Shown here in pieces: positions 1-18,494 of a DNA stretch of 64,000 bases (within the stretch, counting starts at the first letter, position 1; each line of letters begins with the position of its first letter). This DNA is from Adineta vaga (lineage: Eukaryota > Animalia > Rotifera), in assembly GCA_021613535.1 (NCBI GenBank), contig CP075497.1:10974001-11038000 (forward strand), in the 5' to 3' direction. The notes under the pieces are model-generated. The model saw only the letters and a list, made by a program, of their open reading frames with translations, made no database searches and was not told the origin of the DNA. The translations under genes and the position numbers were made by a program.

Positions 1-87
1 TCTCGTTTTTCCTTCGATTTTACTTTACACATTTTTTTCTTCATTAAAACACGAACATTCTTCACGATTATTCAAAGCTTTCTATAG

Positions 88-1965
<1,878 letters not shown>

Positions 1966-2262
1966 ATATTATGTTTATGATTTGTATTTCATACAATCGC
2001 TAGATCGTGTTTTGCCTTCCTAGTCTTTTTCTAGTACAACAGAAGAAGAGAAATAAATTGTTCTATACTCATCAACCCTATTAATCGCTAAGATAAAGAT
2101 GAAACCATCTGTCGAATATGCTTTCAATCAACACAATTCTGTATGTCATCTTTTGTATATCGTCTAACACCACAACTGGTTACGTTTGTTTTTATTTTTA
2201 GCAGAAAAATAAAGTCTTTGTACAGTATAAGAAGAAGAAGAAAAAGAAAGCAAAAGACACAT

Positions 2263-4342
2263 CTAATCACTGGAAAGATTCTCTTGAATAATTGTATCAT
2301 CTTGTTTACCAATTAATTTAACTGTTAAGAAAGAATTAATCACATGAATCAATATACGTAAATGTTGACATTGCACTTCAATATGTACGGTTGGTTCATT
2401 TTCATTTAATGAGAATAAATCATGTTTAAATTCAAAATAAATTTTATCTCGTCCATTATCTGAACTCGATTGTAATTGATCATATGTATATGACCAAAGA
2501 ATAAGATTTGTTTCATTATTTAACATTTCAAAACCTTTGAAAATATCAATTATTAAACGACAGATTTGTCCTTGATACATACAACCAAATGCACGTGTTT
2601 TAAGTCCATGAACAGCCATATAAAGTGAACGTTGCCAATTGGAATTAAATTCATCTAATTCAGTTTTAGTTTCAAAATTTAAATATCGACATTGTGTTGC
2701 AATATCATTGGATAATGTTAAAGTAAAACAATATTGTCGATCATCCAGACGATATTTCGATGAAATAATTTCAATTAAAATTTCAACGATTGGATAAACA
2801 CGTGAACAACAAATAAAATCATATGCACATAAGGGTGGTGGTTTATTTTCATCAAATATATAAAGATCACTACCTTTAAAAACAAGAAACATTGCTTTCC
2901 ATTCAGGTAAACGATTTTGATCAATATTTGTAACACGTTCATGTAACCAAGTGGCATAAAGAACTTGTTCACTTGGTAATAATGTTTGATTTAATTCTGT
3001 TAATGTACGAGTTGTTAAATTATGTATAACCATATTAATACGTGATATCCACATATGTTGTTGAACAGATGTATCAGCAATAATAATGCCCGATTGGGAA
3101 CCATCAAGAGTATGTAATTGAAAAGAATTGGTACGTAATTTATCTGTACCACTTAGATACTGAGTGACATATGCATAAAGAAGAGAATATTCTTGGACGG
3201 GAACATAATCAACTGTTGCATTATCTTCATCGTCTTCGTCAATTAATATACTAATTGAGGAGGTTGCCTGTTGTTGTTCATGTTGTTGCTGCTGTTCTTT
3301 AGCAAATGTATTTAATTGACGTCGACATCGTTCATTCTCATTTTCACATAATAATAATCGACTGAGTAATTCATATTCTTCTGTATCCTAGAACGATTGT
3401 ATAATTAGTTTATCTATTCTCATTTCTTTTTTATTTGTTTTGCAACAATGATTCTTTTATTTTTAGTTTTATTTCTCGTCTCAAAGTTATTTCTGTTGAA
3501 GACATCAATACTTTCGAATAACAATTCAAAGAAATATGTTGATATGATTATCTAAACAAAATTCTTTTCATCGGATATGTATAGAATTTCAGATATGTTG
3601 TCATCTAAGTAAAGCTTACTTGCAATTGATCAGACAGCATTAATGATAGACGTTGTTGTTGTTTACCCGGTCGATGATATCGACTTGGATATTCTGCTGA
3701 CAAACGATTTTTTTGTCGTCTCATTCGAACTGAAGCCGATGTTGGAAGAGTATAACTTGTTGGTGGGATGAATTGAGGTACTGATGAAAATGCTGATCTT
3801 ATTGTTGATGATGTTGAATGAAGATAAGGTGCCATATGATTCATATATTTAACAGTTAAATTCACTTGATCAGTGGATATATTTCGTAATTTAGTAATCA
3901 CTTCATCATGAGTTAGATTCGATATATCTTCATTGTTAATAGATAAGATAGCATCACCCACATGTAATAAATGGGCATTGGTATAAACAACACGAGAAAT
4001 AAGTACGGGAAAACCTGTTAATAGGAAAAGAAGAGATTGTGTTAATATTCTTTTCTTCTCGTTCTTTTTTTTGTGCTATCTACCCGTATCACAACCGCCT
4101 TTAATGGAAAAACCGAATGAATGTGTTGTTGGATGTCGTTTAAGTGTTACATTTCGTGAGACTATTGTTTGAAAATCTTTGTTATTAATTGATGATACTT
4201 GAGCTGTTTTAAGACGACGAACGATGAGTGTTTCCGATGTTAATTGAAGTAAAACGAGATGAGGTTTAGACCGACCATCGCTCAACGTTACATGGTCTTC
4301 GAAAAGTACTTCGACTGAATATGGTTGAAGACGATCATGCAT
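2263..4342 (-). CDS. SNTG: Gamma-syntrophin (split PH, PDZ, PH2, SU domains)
   Basis: PDZ: FGFSIKGG..FPVLISRV..LHVGDAILSINNEDISNLTHDEVITKLRN. The gamma-type segment LLYAYVTQYLSGTDKLRTNSFQLHTLDGSQSGII and SU-like ILWSYTYDQLQSSSDNG follow. Three coding exons. Confidence 0.88.
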
Positions 4343-6915
4343 TTTAACTACAATCTGTCAACAGAAAAAGAACTTCTTAGTAATTAGATGATTGAACAAC
4401 ATATTCTTTTTCTTTTTCTTCGAAAGTAATATGCTTACCCACGGTGAATAAAATGATAATGTTAGAAACTACATGGATATGTGTCATCATGTATTTGCGC
4501 CAGGCATACGACTATAATAAAAGCCTTGGGCTCATCACATCTAAAAAATATAGAAAAGATTGATATAGAACTAGAAGAACTAAGAGTTGCGTCAACATGC
4601 AATGTTATTGACGTGATTGACTCGGGCACCATCACTATTACCAAGATTACTGGAGAGAAAAAAAAAGAAGAAAAAGAAAAAAAAGAACGTTGCCGACAAC
4701 TGATGAGAGAGAGAGAGAGAAGGAGACATGAAAAAGAAAAGCATGCTCCGTACAATTAGACTACGTTCAAGTGCTAAGACGATGAAAGAAAATCATTTTA
4801 CGATTACATAAAACGAACAAGAATTTCTGTAGTGAACTATTTGTTTTCCTGCTCATCACGTGTCTATACAAAAAAAAGAAAAGAATCTAGAACTTTGTAA
4901 TAAGTCTAACCAAAGATATATAATATAACTATCGTTTCTCTACTTCCTCTCTATCTCTCTCGTTCCTATATATCGCATTCATTTTTTATACCAACATGTA
5001 ATACCGGAAATGGAGTTCGAGTCAGACCTCTCAAAATTGAAAAGAAGGAAAAAGAAGAAGAAGAAGAAAAAACTTCTATTCTTAGTCGAGTCATCTATTC
5101 TGAAACTGAGCACGTTATAATCATGATCGACGAGTCGTCAATACTTATAAATTGAATGTGATTCTCAATGTATAAATGAATTCAACAGTTATATGCTGAT
5201 GCTAGTTCTTTCTATTCTTTGTATGTCTCTCGAGATAATGAAGTAGCAGCAACAGCAGGAAAAAAAACGAAGAAAGACTGTGAAAGAAAGAAAAGAAACG
5301 ACGAAAGAATGAGCGCGACAATGACGGAAAAAAATGACAATTACAATTGGCAATACTTATCAGTCTCGTGCATTGCTGTCGTTACTATTTTGCTGTTACT
5401 GTTGCTTTCGCTGATCGATGATTGTGCTTACATGCGTATGCAAGTACTCCCACTGCATGCATCAACACATGTCGCTCTTTTTCTTGACTAGTATAGCCTT
5501 AACATTGTTTGTTCTATTGCATAGACGAATAACAACTAAATGTATTTCTTAATAGTAACTATGCATATTCTCATTATTAGAAATCAAATAAAGAAAGAGA
5601 AAGAGAGAAAAAAAATAACTTACGATAGTTTTTCTTAAAGCTTTTTTTCTCTCTTCTCTTATTATTATACATCATTATGATGTTTAGTTAGATGATGCGA
5701 ATTAAATTAGGCATAAAATATATGGTAGCATACTCTACTATATATGGCTCTTCCGGGTGAGTTTCGACATCCGGCAAAAAAAGATAGATAAACGGTTAAT
5801 CGGATGTGTATTTATGTATGTATATATGTGGTATACAAGCTCACAACAGTCGAACATCATTAGTCATAACAAGAAAAAGAAGAAAAGTCGATGAACCAGT
5901 TTGATTCTATCAAATAACATTGATGAGTACAATATGTTCTCTTTTTTTTCCTCTTCAATGAAAACAAATCATCGGAAAGCAAAAGAAATATTATCTATCG
6001 ATTGATACAATTCATCATATATTTACATTTCAAGATCGTTTTTTTTATGAATGCATTAAGACTTACCGACATTTGATGAATTTTTTATAACGTTAGTTAC
6101 TCAACGTACATGAAGTGAAGAAGAAAAAAAAGAACCTGACTTGCACTATTTCATTCAATCATAGAAATGAATTCCTATATGCTTTTCTAGTAATATAGTA
6201 TTGACATGTGAAGCCTAATCTATTTGTAAATAAATTAGATCCTATCTCATCTCATGAGTATAAAGAATCAGAAGAGAGTTACGATGAATGGTTTCTTTTC
6301 GATCGAAGAAAAATATTCATCTATTTACTTGCTACTTTTAACTAGAAACGTAATGAGCGGAAATAATCTTTCCATTGTGTATTTAACAATTGTCGACATT
6401 GAAAATCACATTTTCTTTTTTCTTTTTACAAACAAATAAGAACATATTTTTAACGACGCATAAAGAGAAAGTATCTTGATAATCTTAAACTTTTCCATTA
6501 ATATTAACAAGACATATATTTATAATGTTTTCTATGACGATGATTTCAAATAACATAAAACAGAAACTAACATATGCAAATGAATATTAATGTTTTTTTC
6601 ATTGGTTGAAATCAATCATTTATATGTTGTAATTGATATAATTATGATGTTTATTATTTAGACCTTGAAAATGGACTGATCAAACAAAGTACTTATTCAA
6701 CATAACGATTTTTTTATTTGCTTGTTACATAGGACGTGTACTATGTCACACTAGGATTCATTTTGTACCTGTTCTTTACATCAAACCCTCAGTTAGGTCA
6801 CGCTTGAATGATCATATATTATATGATATGATATTTAAATATCGTTTTTTCACTATTTTATTTGCAATAATAACGCTGTCAAGTGCGAGAGAGAGGGAGA
6901 AGAAAAAACGCATCT

Positions 6916-7809
6916 ATGGCGATATTGGATAATAATTTAAATCGAAATGGAAGACCAATGGTTATTGAAGATGATGCTAGTCGAGATAAATCCTTTAAAC
7001 GTTATCAAAAAATAGCATATCGTATTTGTATATTATCAATTATTCTTGATATTATTCTTGGTTTAACAGCATTTATTAATTGTATGCTTGATAAATCATC
7101 AGTTGGTTTAAGTTATTCGATTGATACATTAATGGATGCAATTTGTATATGTTTTGTTGCATGGCATTTGAAAGGTAAGGAAATAAATAGGGGAAAAGTT
7201 CAATCTATAAATGAATCGATTTGTTGATTTATTCTAGCTCAAACAATGGATGATTTTAAACGACGGGATTGTCTTGTTTGTTGTGTTATTGGTGCACTTT
7301 TTATCGGTTCATTTCTAGCTATTGAATCTCGTGCAATTCAATCAATGATTGTTCCTCAAGCACCAACAGGTGATTGGCTTTTACTTGTTTATTCTGTGAC
7401 ACATATTGTTATTTTTACTATTTTATCAATTGCAAAAATAATTCTTTCAAAAAAACTTTCTTCAAAATCTTTAATGGCTGATGCACTTAATTCCATTATT
7501 GGTATTATTATGGCTATACCATTAATATTATGGGATCGTATACCAATCTTAAATCAACATACACAATTTGATGATTTAATATCAGTACTTATGGCTTTAT
7601 TCTTACTTGTAATTGGCTGGACATTAGTTCATACTGGAATTACTTATCATAATAATTTGTATTCACAAGCAATGAAGCAAGAAGGTAGTGAGACAAATGT
7701 TAATGCTCATAACACACTTTTACCACAAAATCATTCACATACAACTGAAGATACACTCAAACAATATTCAGCATTAGACAGAGATGTCGAAGCTGGTGAT
7801 GCTGAATAA
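6916..7809 (+). CDS. TMEM163: TMEM163-like cation-efflux (CDF-like zinc) membrane protein
   Basis: Two exons (about 6916-7174 and 7239-7809), roughly 6 TM segments, with CDF-type acidic motifs SIDTLMD and KSLMADALNSIIG. Confidence 0.75.
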
Positions 7810-8161
7810 GTTTATAGTCGAAAAATAAAGTAATATATGAATGTATTGAAGTTGTTTAGTTTTTATCATATTCTTTTAGAAATAAATATGGAAATAGCTT
7901 CTATCTTTGTTCTTATTATTGAATTTGATGAACATAAGAAGTAAAAAGAAACGAACTCGTTTTATTTTGTTCTCACGAAAAACGAAAACAGAAAAATTAT
8001 TGTGTTTTCTTTTTGTTAATCCTAATAATTTGTGTTTCAATGTACAGAAAAAGAATCTAACAATAGAATTGTTCACAGGTAAACAACCGGTATGCCACAA
8101 TTGGAATGTTAGGGAACAAAAAAGTAAGACATAATTGTTCGATGGATTCTTTTTTTTCTTT

Positions 8162-11678
<3,517 letters not shown>

Positions 11679-14465
11679 TGAACAAAATTAGTTTTTAAAT
11701 ATAAGTAAGAATAATATGATGATTAATTAATATTCACATCTAAATACGAAGAAAAACGAGTTTTATTAGAAAATTATTCAAATCATCTAAAAGAAATCAT
11801 AACTACGCATTCAGTTGTAAATCTTTGCCATTTGAGATGAACCTTGGAAAGATTTCATACATATGTAAATCTCTTGCTAAGGACAATATATTGATGGTGG
11901 TAGTTTCAACTATAAACATGTGAGGGTCAAAAATAATGCTTTTCTTTTTTTACTCATTCTTTTCCCTCGTTCTCTCTTTTTCTCCTACATTAGTTATGTA
12001 TAGTTAGAAATTCTCATTTTCTTTCTTCTTCTTCTTCTTCTTCTTTTTCTTCTTCTCATTTTTCGTGACACCATCATAACACAAAAGGGCATCAAGCAAA
12101 GCATTGTGAATGGATATATGTCTGTCTAGTACGTCGTTGTCGTCGTCGTCCGTCTGGCCGCTCGTTCGTCCCGAACGAGAAAAAAACGAATATAAGCAAT
12201 AAAAATACAATCGTTTCGACGCCGCTATGCTAAACTAGACACTCATATAATTGTAACTCAATTGATTGGACTATCGGGATGAGGTGGTAGTCACTAAATA
12301 AAGAATAAATCTTCCGGCAAGTGTCATTGTCAAACGATCTAATTAGATGAGAAAACAACGTCAGATTGTCAGTGTAAGAACTAGAACTGCCTTTTCTGAT
12401 AATACTCTTATCATAAAACGTTTTTTTTCTCTAGTATCAACAATCGTATGATAAGAATAAATTGTTCAATAAATACACAGACACACACACATACACAGAA
12501 TAAATGATTCTAATTTAACTCACTTTTCTATTTGCTCTAACACTATTAGTTGATCAAGAAGAGAAAAAAAATGTATGCATGTGTTTTGTACAGTCGCCTA
12601 TGTATACCTAGCTTGTATGTGTATGCTCACGTTACCTAACAGAGCGTGTATAAGAAGGCGGTAAGCACATAGTCGTCGTTATTCTGTATTTCTCATGTCA
12701 TTCAAGGCAAGAGAAAGAAAAGGAAAGGAAATGAGTAGTGTCATTTTTTTTTCGTTCTTTTAAAATAGATAAATAAATAGAATCATGAACAGAAGAAGAA
12801 GAAGAAGAAGAAGAGAGAAAAAGAAACTTTTAATCATAACAAGAGATTTAATTCAAATGATATGACTAACAACTATCTGTCTGATAACATGAAAATGGTG
12901 ATATGCAGATATACCTTTCCCTTTTCTCTCTATCAACTACCTTACGTCATTTTCTTTCTTCAACGTTTTTTTTTGTCTATTCTCTCTAAATATCCTCATT
13001 TCACATCGAATATGAGACATGAAGGCAAAAAAGAAAAACATGTACGTCAAATGATTATTCTTTATACTTGAAAATAAAAATATATATACATAACCATTTC
13101 TGTAGGTGTTAAATACTGTGCAAATTTAGTGAGACTTCATTCGATAAAAGTATTGCTCATCAAACAACTTGTGAATAGTTCTCATACTTATGACTTAATT
13201 ATTCTAATCTCTTCGATCGTTTTCTCTCTCAGATTTTTTCTCTCGAAATATACTTACTCCTACTTACGAAAAGAATGAATAGAATTTATGAAAAAAAAAA
13301 AGAAATTGAATTCTTTTCTTTGTGATCTCTGGTATGTTTGTTGATGTTGACAACAATAACAATTTACAATGAATAAGAAATTGATGATAAACGTTCAATT
13401 CGGTCAAATGATGTCATTGTATGAGAGAGAGAGAGTGAGAGAAAGAAAAATCGAGCACCTGTTGACGCCTACTTTTGACCATTCATTCCATTGCACAATA
13501 ATACAATAGAATGATAATCAACAGTTGACAGACCACAGCTGTTTCCACATCAAATAAGTTCATTAGTAATCAGTTGCCTTTCTAATCGAACAAAAAAAAT
13601 TTGTTACTCTTCTCTTTTTGATTTTGTATTTCGATGTATCTAATCTAATAGATATCTGTTACGGTGTAATATGAGTGATTTGTGTATGAAAATCAAGTTC
13701 ATATATCGTCATTTCAACTGAGGTTGTTTAAATATATATCTTATGATTGCACTATGGCCCTGAAACGATAAACATTTCTTTTAAAATAAACTTACTTGTG
13801 GACGTTAAAGTATATATTTGCGATGTGCAAAATTGCGAACAAGGTTACATTTCTTTCTTCGATCTACATAAATTTGAGGCGTGAAAAATGAAAAGAGGGA
13901 TAAATTTGATGTGTTCGAGGTTGTTGCTCTGCCAACATATATGTATATATATAAATATCAAAGAATAAATCAACTGTTAACTGAAGTTGATCTAACAACG
14001 AATATTATTCTTTGACGATATTTGAAAATAAGCATAATATTATCAAAGAATCTTTCATTCTATTAATCAAATATTATATAAAACCATATTTTCTAAGCAT
14101 TCTCAATGATAAAAAAAAACTACTGTTTTCACAGATTAACAGGTTTCTCTGTTTATCTTGATTTATACTAAATATTAAGAAATATCTTCTTCAACAAATG
14201 ATTTATCTTAGTTTGAATATAGTATTATTTAAATAATATTTTGATGTTATTGAAAAACTATTAACAACTACAGATGACTAATCTCATTACCATATGCATG
14301 TGTATCGTTCGTTGTAGACATTTTTAATCACAGGTTTGTTTATTTCTGATACAAATGTCTTCCGAGATTTTTTAAAAAAAGAAAAAAGTACACACCTATA
14401 TGAGAAGGTCTTTATTTATGATTTCGTTTGATCAAAGATTTATGTTTATTAACTTGTTTTCCAAG

Positions 14466-15591
14466 TTAATAACTTAATAGCACTCGTGCACTATTTGTTA
14501 AATCATCCATATTTTGCAACCAAAATGATAGATGATAAATCCGTCCAATTTTTGTTTTCAATTTTTGAGTTAAATAATCTGGTCGACCAACGCTTCCATC
14601 ACAGAATGAACGTTTACCATTATAAGAATGTGGAGAAGCTATAAATAATATCGTTGAACTATTTCCATACGAATTACATCGAAAAAATCCATTAGAAGGA
14701 TTATTTTCAAAATCTCCATTATTAACAAGTTCTACTCGTGAAGATATGTCCATAATAGAGACGTCATCAAGACACCAATATGATGGATCATGACGAAAAG
14801 CAAAGGTGATCATCATTTGAGTTGCAGTTGCTTCAAAGACTTTTGAATAGTATGTATATTTAAATTTATTAACATTATCCCATGAAAATAATGGTACAAT
14901 ATTTGGTAGTGTACACTTATTTGGTAGTATATAAGTTGTAGAAGAGTCGGTATCATTAAGAGAAGATTGACTAATAGAAGAAACTAAAAGTAAATGAAAA
15001 AAATATATAAAAAGTCAGAACACAATAAGCTTCTATTTCTAAGAAGCTCGATATGTGTGTGTAAATGTTCTTAAAGATACATGAACTATGGGTCAATACG
15101 ATCTGACCTTATATGAACTGATGAAAATCAAGAAATTGATTAGATCATATCTTACTGTTTGACATAGAATTCGATTGATTGAGAAATATAATAACAGATG
15201 TTCCAATAATGAAAGGACTAACGATAAAAGCAATCACCATAATTATCTGTAATACTTGTTTCATATTACAACATTGTTTTGGCGATATGCGTTGTTCAGA
15301 ATTTGTTGTCATCGACAAAGATGATGGGGATATAAATATATTTGTATGTTCTACGCTTGATCTATACGATGAATCTAGTTCTCTCATATTGATTTCTGAA
15401 TGAAGATCATCGATTTTCAAAGGTTCGCGTGTCAAAGGACTTGTTCCTTGTTGTTCAATCCATTGAAGAATTGCATTTCGTTCATAAATATGACCATCAG
15501 CAGCTAATACAGGATCTCGGCAAACATCTAATGTGATTGGACAAATCAGATCGCTGTTTTGTTCAAAAGACACTTCCATTCTTATCATCAA
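14466..15591 (-). CDS. U-box domain + transmembrane helix + C-terminal galactose-binding-like (jelly-roll) domain protein
   Basis: Exon 15156-15591 holds the U-box (LICPITLDVCRDPVLAADGHIYERNAILQWI..SPLTRE) and the TM (IIMVIAFIVSPFIIGTSVIIFL). It joins exon 14466-14983 in frame through a phase-1 GTAAG..TTTTAG intron (14984-15155). The second exon has FAFRHDPSYWCLDDVS, VNNGDFE and LTQKLKTKIGRIYHLSFWL. Confidence 0.75.
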
Positions 15592-16063
15592 TCAATAATT
15601 GAAGAAAATAAAAGATTCGAATCGATGTGTCAAATATTTATACGTATTCTACCATACACAGATCATATTCTTTTGCAATTATTTCTTTTTACATAGTCTC
15701 AAAAGTCCCAAAAAGAAAATGAAAGAAGAAGACAGTGAAATGCTTTTTTTCAATTTCGATATGCTATTTTCAGCTGATTGAATTTTCTTTTTGTTTTATT
15801 ATTATTTCACAGATTTTTATAAGAGATCTTTGTACTTTAAGATGTATGAACTAATGATCCCAAATTATAATAGATTTCAAATTTCGTTCGATATTTTATT
15901 GTTCCTATCTGTCCATTAACATAATATTTTATATTTTTTTTCTCTTTTTTGATAAATAAATAGTGAGTAATAATATTTGCTTACATAGAATGATAAAGCA
16001 TTTTGTCTTTCTAACTGATAAAATTCTCAATTTCATTGTCATTGAGTAATTTACAGATTAGAA

Positions 16064-17101
16064 ATGAGTACAGAAGTTAAACAACGTATCTGTGGTATTG
16101 TCGGAGGATTATCCTATGTTTCTACTGCTGATGTAAGTTATAGATTTTCTTTAAAAAGTAATTCTATATTCACTGGAAATAGTATTACAATCAAATGAAT
16201 CACTTAGTTGGTAAACAATTACCAGGTCATGGTAGTCGAATTCATATTGTATCATTGGATATCCATCAATATGTGGATTTACTTGATAAAAATCAATGGA
16301 CGAATGTCGCTGAATTCGTTCTCGAAGGTGTTCATCAATTAGTTAAAAGTGGAATTGATTTTTTACTTGTCTGTTCAAATACTGGTAGATATGTTTATAT
16401 TTTTAAACTTTCATTTCGTCAGAAATTCTTATTTAAGGTCATATTGCTGCACCAAGAATTGTCGAATATTATCCCGATCTTGTTTTTCTTCATATTAGTG
16501 ATGCAGTAGCATTTGAAATAAAAGAAAAAAAATTTAAAAAAGTATACAAATTTCTGTATTTTAGACAACATACTTGCATTGTTAGTCTTTTAGATTGGAT
16601 TTTTGGGAACAAAATTCAGTATGGTATCGGATAGTTGTGTCGTAAAACGTTTAGTTGAACATGAATTAGAGATTGTATTTCCACATGGAGATGAAATTGA
16701 AGCTTTACATCGAATTATTCTTGAAGAACTAACCAACAATATCTTTGCTGAAAAATCAAAACAATTTTATATTAAATCAATTCAACGTCTCTATGATGAA
16801 CAACACGTTGAAGGTGTTATTCTTGGTTGTACTGGTAAGATGAACATTTATAAATTTTATCAAAATCTATCTTGAATATTTCCAGAAATTCCTCTACTTG
16901 TCAAACAATCCGATATTTCTCATATACCTTTATTTGATTCATCACAATTACATGTAAATAAAACCATATCTATTTCGTTTAAATTAAAATATATAATTTA
17001 TTCATATTTTTAAAAACAAGATTCAACTAGCAGTCGATTATCAACTTGGTCGATATGATATCACCTCATTTTTACCATCAAAAACCAAAAACGACATTTA
17101 A
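16064..17101 (+). CDS. PLP-independent aspartate/glutamate racemase family (YgeA/RacX-like), bacterial type with 5 introns
   Basis: Spliced product MSTEVKQRICGIVGGLSYVSTADYY..LVCSNTGH..LHISDA..GFLGTKFSM..GVILGCTEIPLL..PLFDSSQLH; stop TAA at 17099-17101. Confidence 0.88.
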
Positions 17102-17667
17102 GTTAATAACATTTTACTACAACTTTGTTTATCAATAGATGCTACTGCATTTTCTTTTGATTTTATATAATAACTAGCAAACCAATTTGTTTGTTTGCCA
17201 AGATTTTTTATTGCATGGCATTTATCAGCCGAGAATTTTAATGCAACGATTCCATTTTTACAAACATCAAATTGATGATCTTCAAATTTATTTTCATCAA
17301 CATTTCCAATACGAAATTGAAATTGACCTTGAAGAAGAATGAGTACTTCTTCTGAGATACTATTCTCTGCATCTTTATGACGATGATTTCCTCGAACCAT
17401 ATTCTTTTTAATTGAACCGAAGTGAGCAGCTTGATCTGAAAATGGTACATAAAGTATTCCTTGAGTTTCACTAAAACGAATTTGAGAAGATACATTCAAA
17501 TAAGTGAAGAAAGTCGATTGTGGAAGACGTGAAACATTAGCGAGACCATTTGTAGAAGATGATTTCGATGGAATATACCAATAGATTGAGAACACAATAA
17601 TTAATGATAATATTATTAAATAAAATCGAGATGTAGATAATGATGAAACTGATCTCGTATTGTACAT
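17098..17667 (-). CDS. Type II membrane-anchored RmlC-like cupin (resembles the FdtA/WxcM/CapF sugar isomerase cupins), intronless
   Basis: N-terminal TM FYLIILSLIIVFSIYWYI, cupin motif 1 VRGNHRH..EEVLILLQG and motif 2 FSADKCHAIKN. Confidence 0.72.
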   Translation of the reverse strand: MYNTRSVSSLSTSRFYLIILSLIIVFSIYWYIPSKSSSTNGLANVSRLPQSTFFTYLNVSSQIRFSETQGILYVPFSDQAAHFGSIKKNMVRGNHRHKDAENSISEEVLILLQGQFQFRIGNVDENKFEDHQFDVCKNGIVALKFSADKCHAIKNLGKQTNWFASYYIKSKENAVASIDKQSCSKMLLT

Positions 17668-18494
17668 GATAACAGAAAGTGTATGACAGTAAAGTTTTAT
17701 TCTATGAAATCTTGGTCTCGAATGATTTCTCATTCTCACGCTTCGTTACCTTTCAAATATAAACGTGAGTCGTTATTTATTCTACCAGTTATAACACAAT
17801 CTTTTTCTTTTAAAAAACGCAACATGTGAAATTATAGATGGCAGATACAGGTAGTTGCAAATGTTCAATAATAATTGCAATCTTGATTGTTTCAACAGAG
17901 ATTTTTTACATTGTATATCGAATCATTTTAAACTGAATGATTATTAACTATATAGAAGTGAAGATCTATTTGTTATTTACAAATGCTAAGATAATGATAA
18001 TGATAAGCAAATGAATAATGCTTGATTACTTTCATCATTATGAGACGCGTTGAAGCTAAAACAATCTAAATTTGTTTCTTCATGGTTTTTTTCTCGAAAT
18101 ATGCTTTCCCACCTTGTTTTAATGTGTAGATATATATATACTACACACGTTACTCCTCTTTTTAACACAATCATTGATATGAACTAACAATACCGAAATA
18201 GAAGCAGCAAAAGTGTGATTAGTAGTTATTTTTCATCGCAGCGTATACTTTTCTTCTACTGTTCATATCCTATTGTTATTCGTATGTACACGTTCTTGTT
18301 CGCTTGTTGTATTTGACATCTATTCTTGTGATAGTGTTCCTTTGTATGTATATCGTAGGAATAGAGATGAATGAACATGTGATGAACAAATTTTCTCCCT
18401 TCTATTTCTTCCTTCTTTATTTCTCTTTCGTTTACTGGCCGATGAACGAACTACAACGGTGGACACTAGAGGAGTGAGAGCGAGCAAATCGCCT

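Noticed and set aside
5005-5030. GTTCGAGTC B-box-like motif suggesting a tRNA or SINE
   Set aside because: No A-box or cloverleaf stems around it.
4462-5491. ORFs 4462-4755, 4481-4759 and 5219-5491
   Set aside because: Low-complexity translations of A/G-rich promoter or UTR DNA with no domain or splice support.
5745-5776. GC-rich hairpin ccgggtg..catccgg as a possible Helitron end or terminator
   Set aside because: Isolated, with no properly spaced CTRR end and no second copy in the window.
17098-17101. TTAA as a piggyBac target site
   Set aside because: No terminal inverted repeats, duplication or transposase; the two stop codons explain it.
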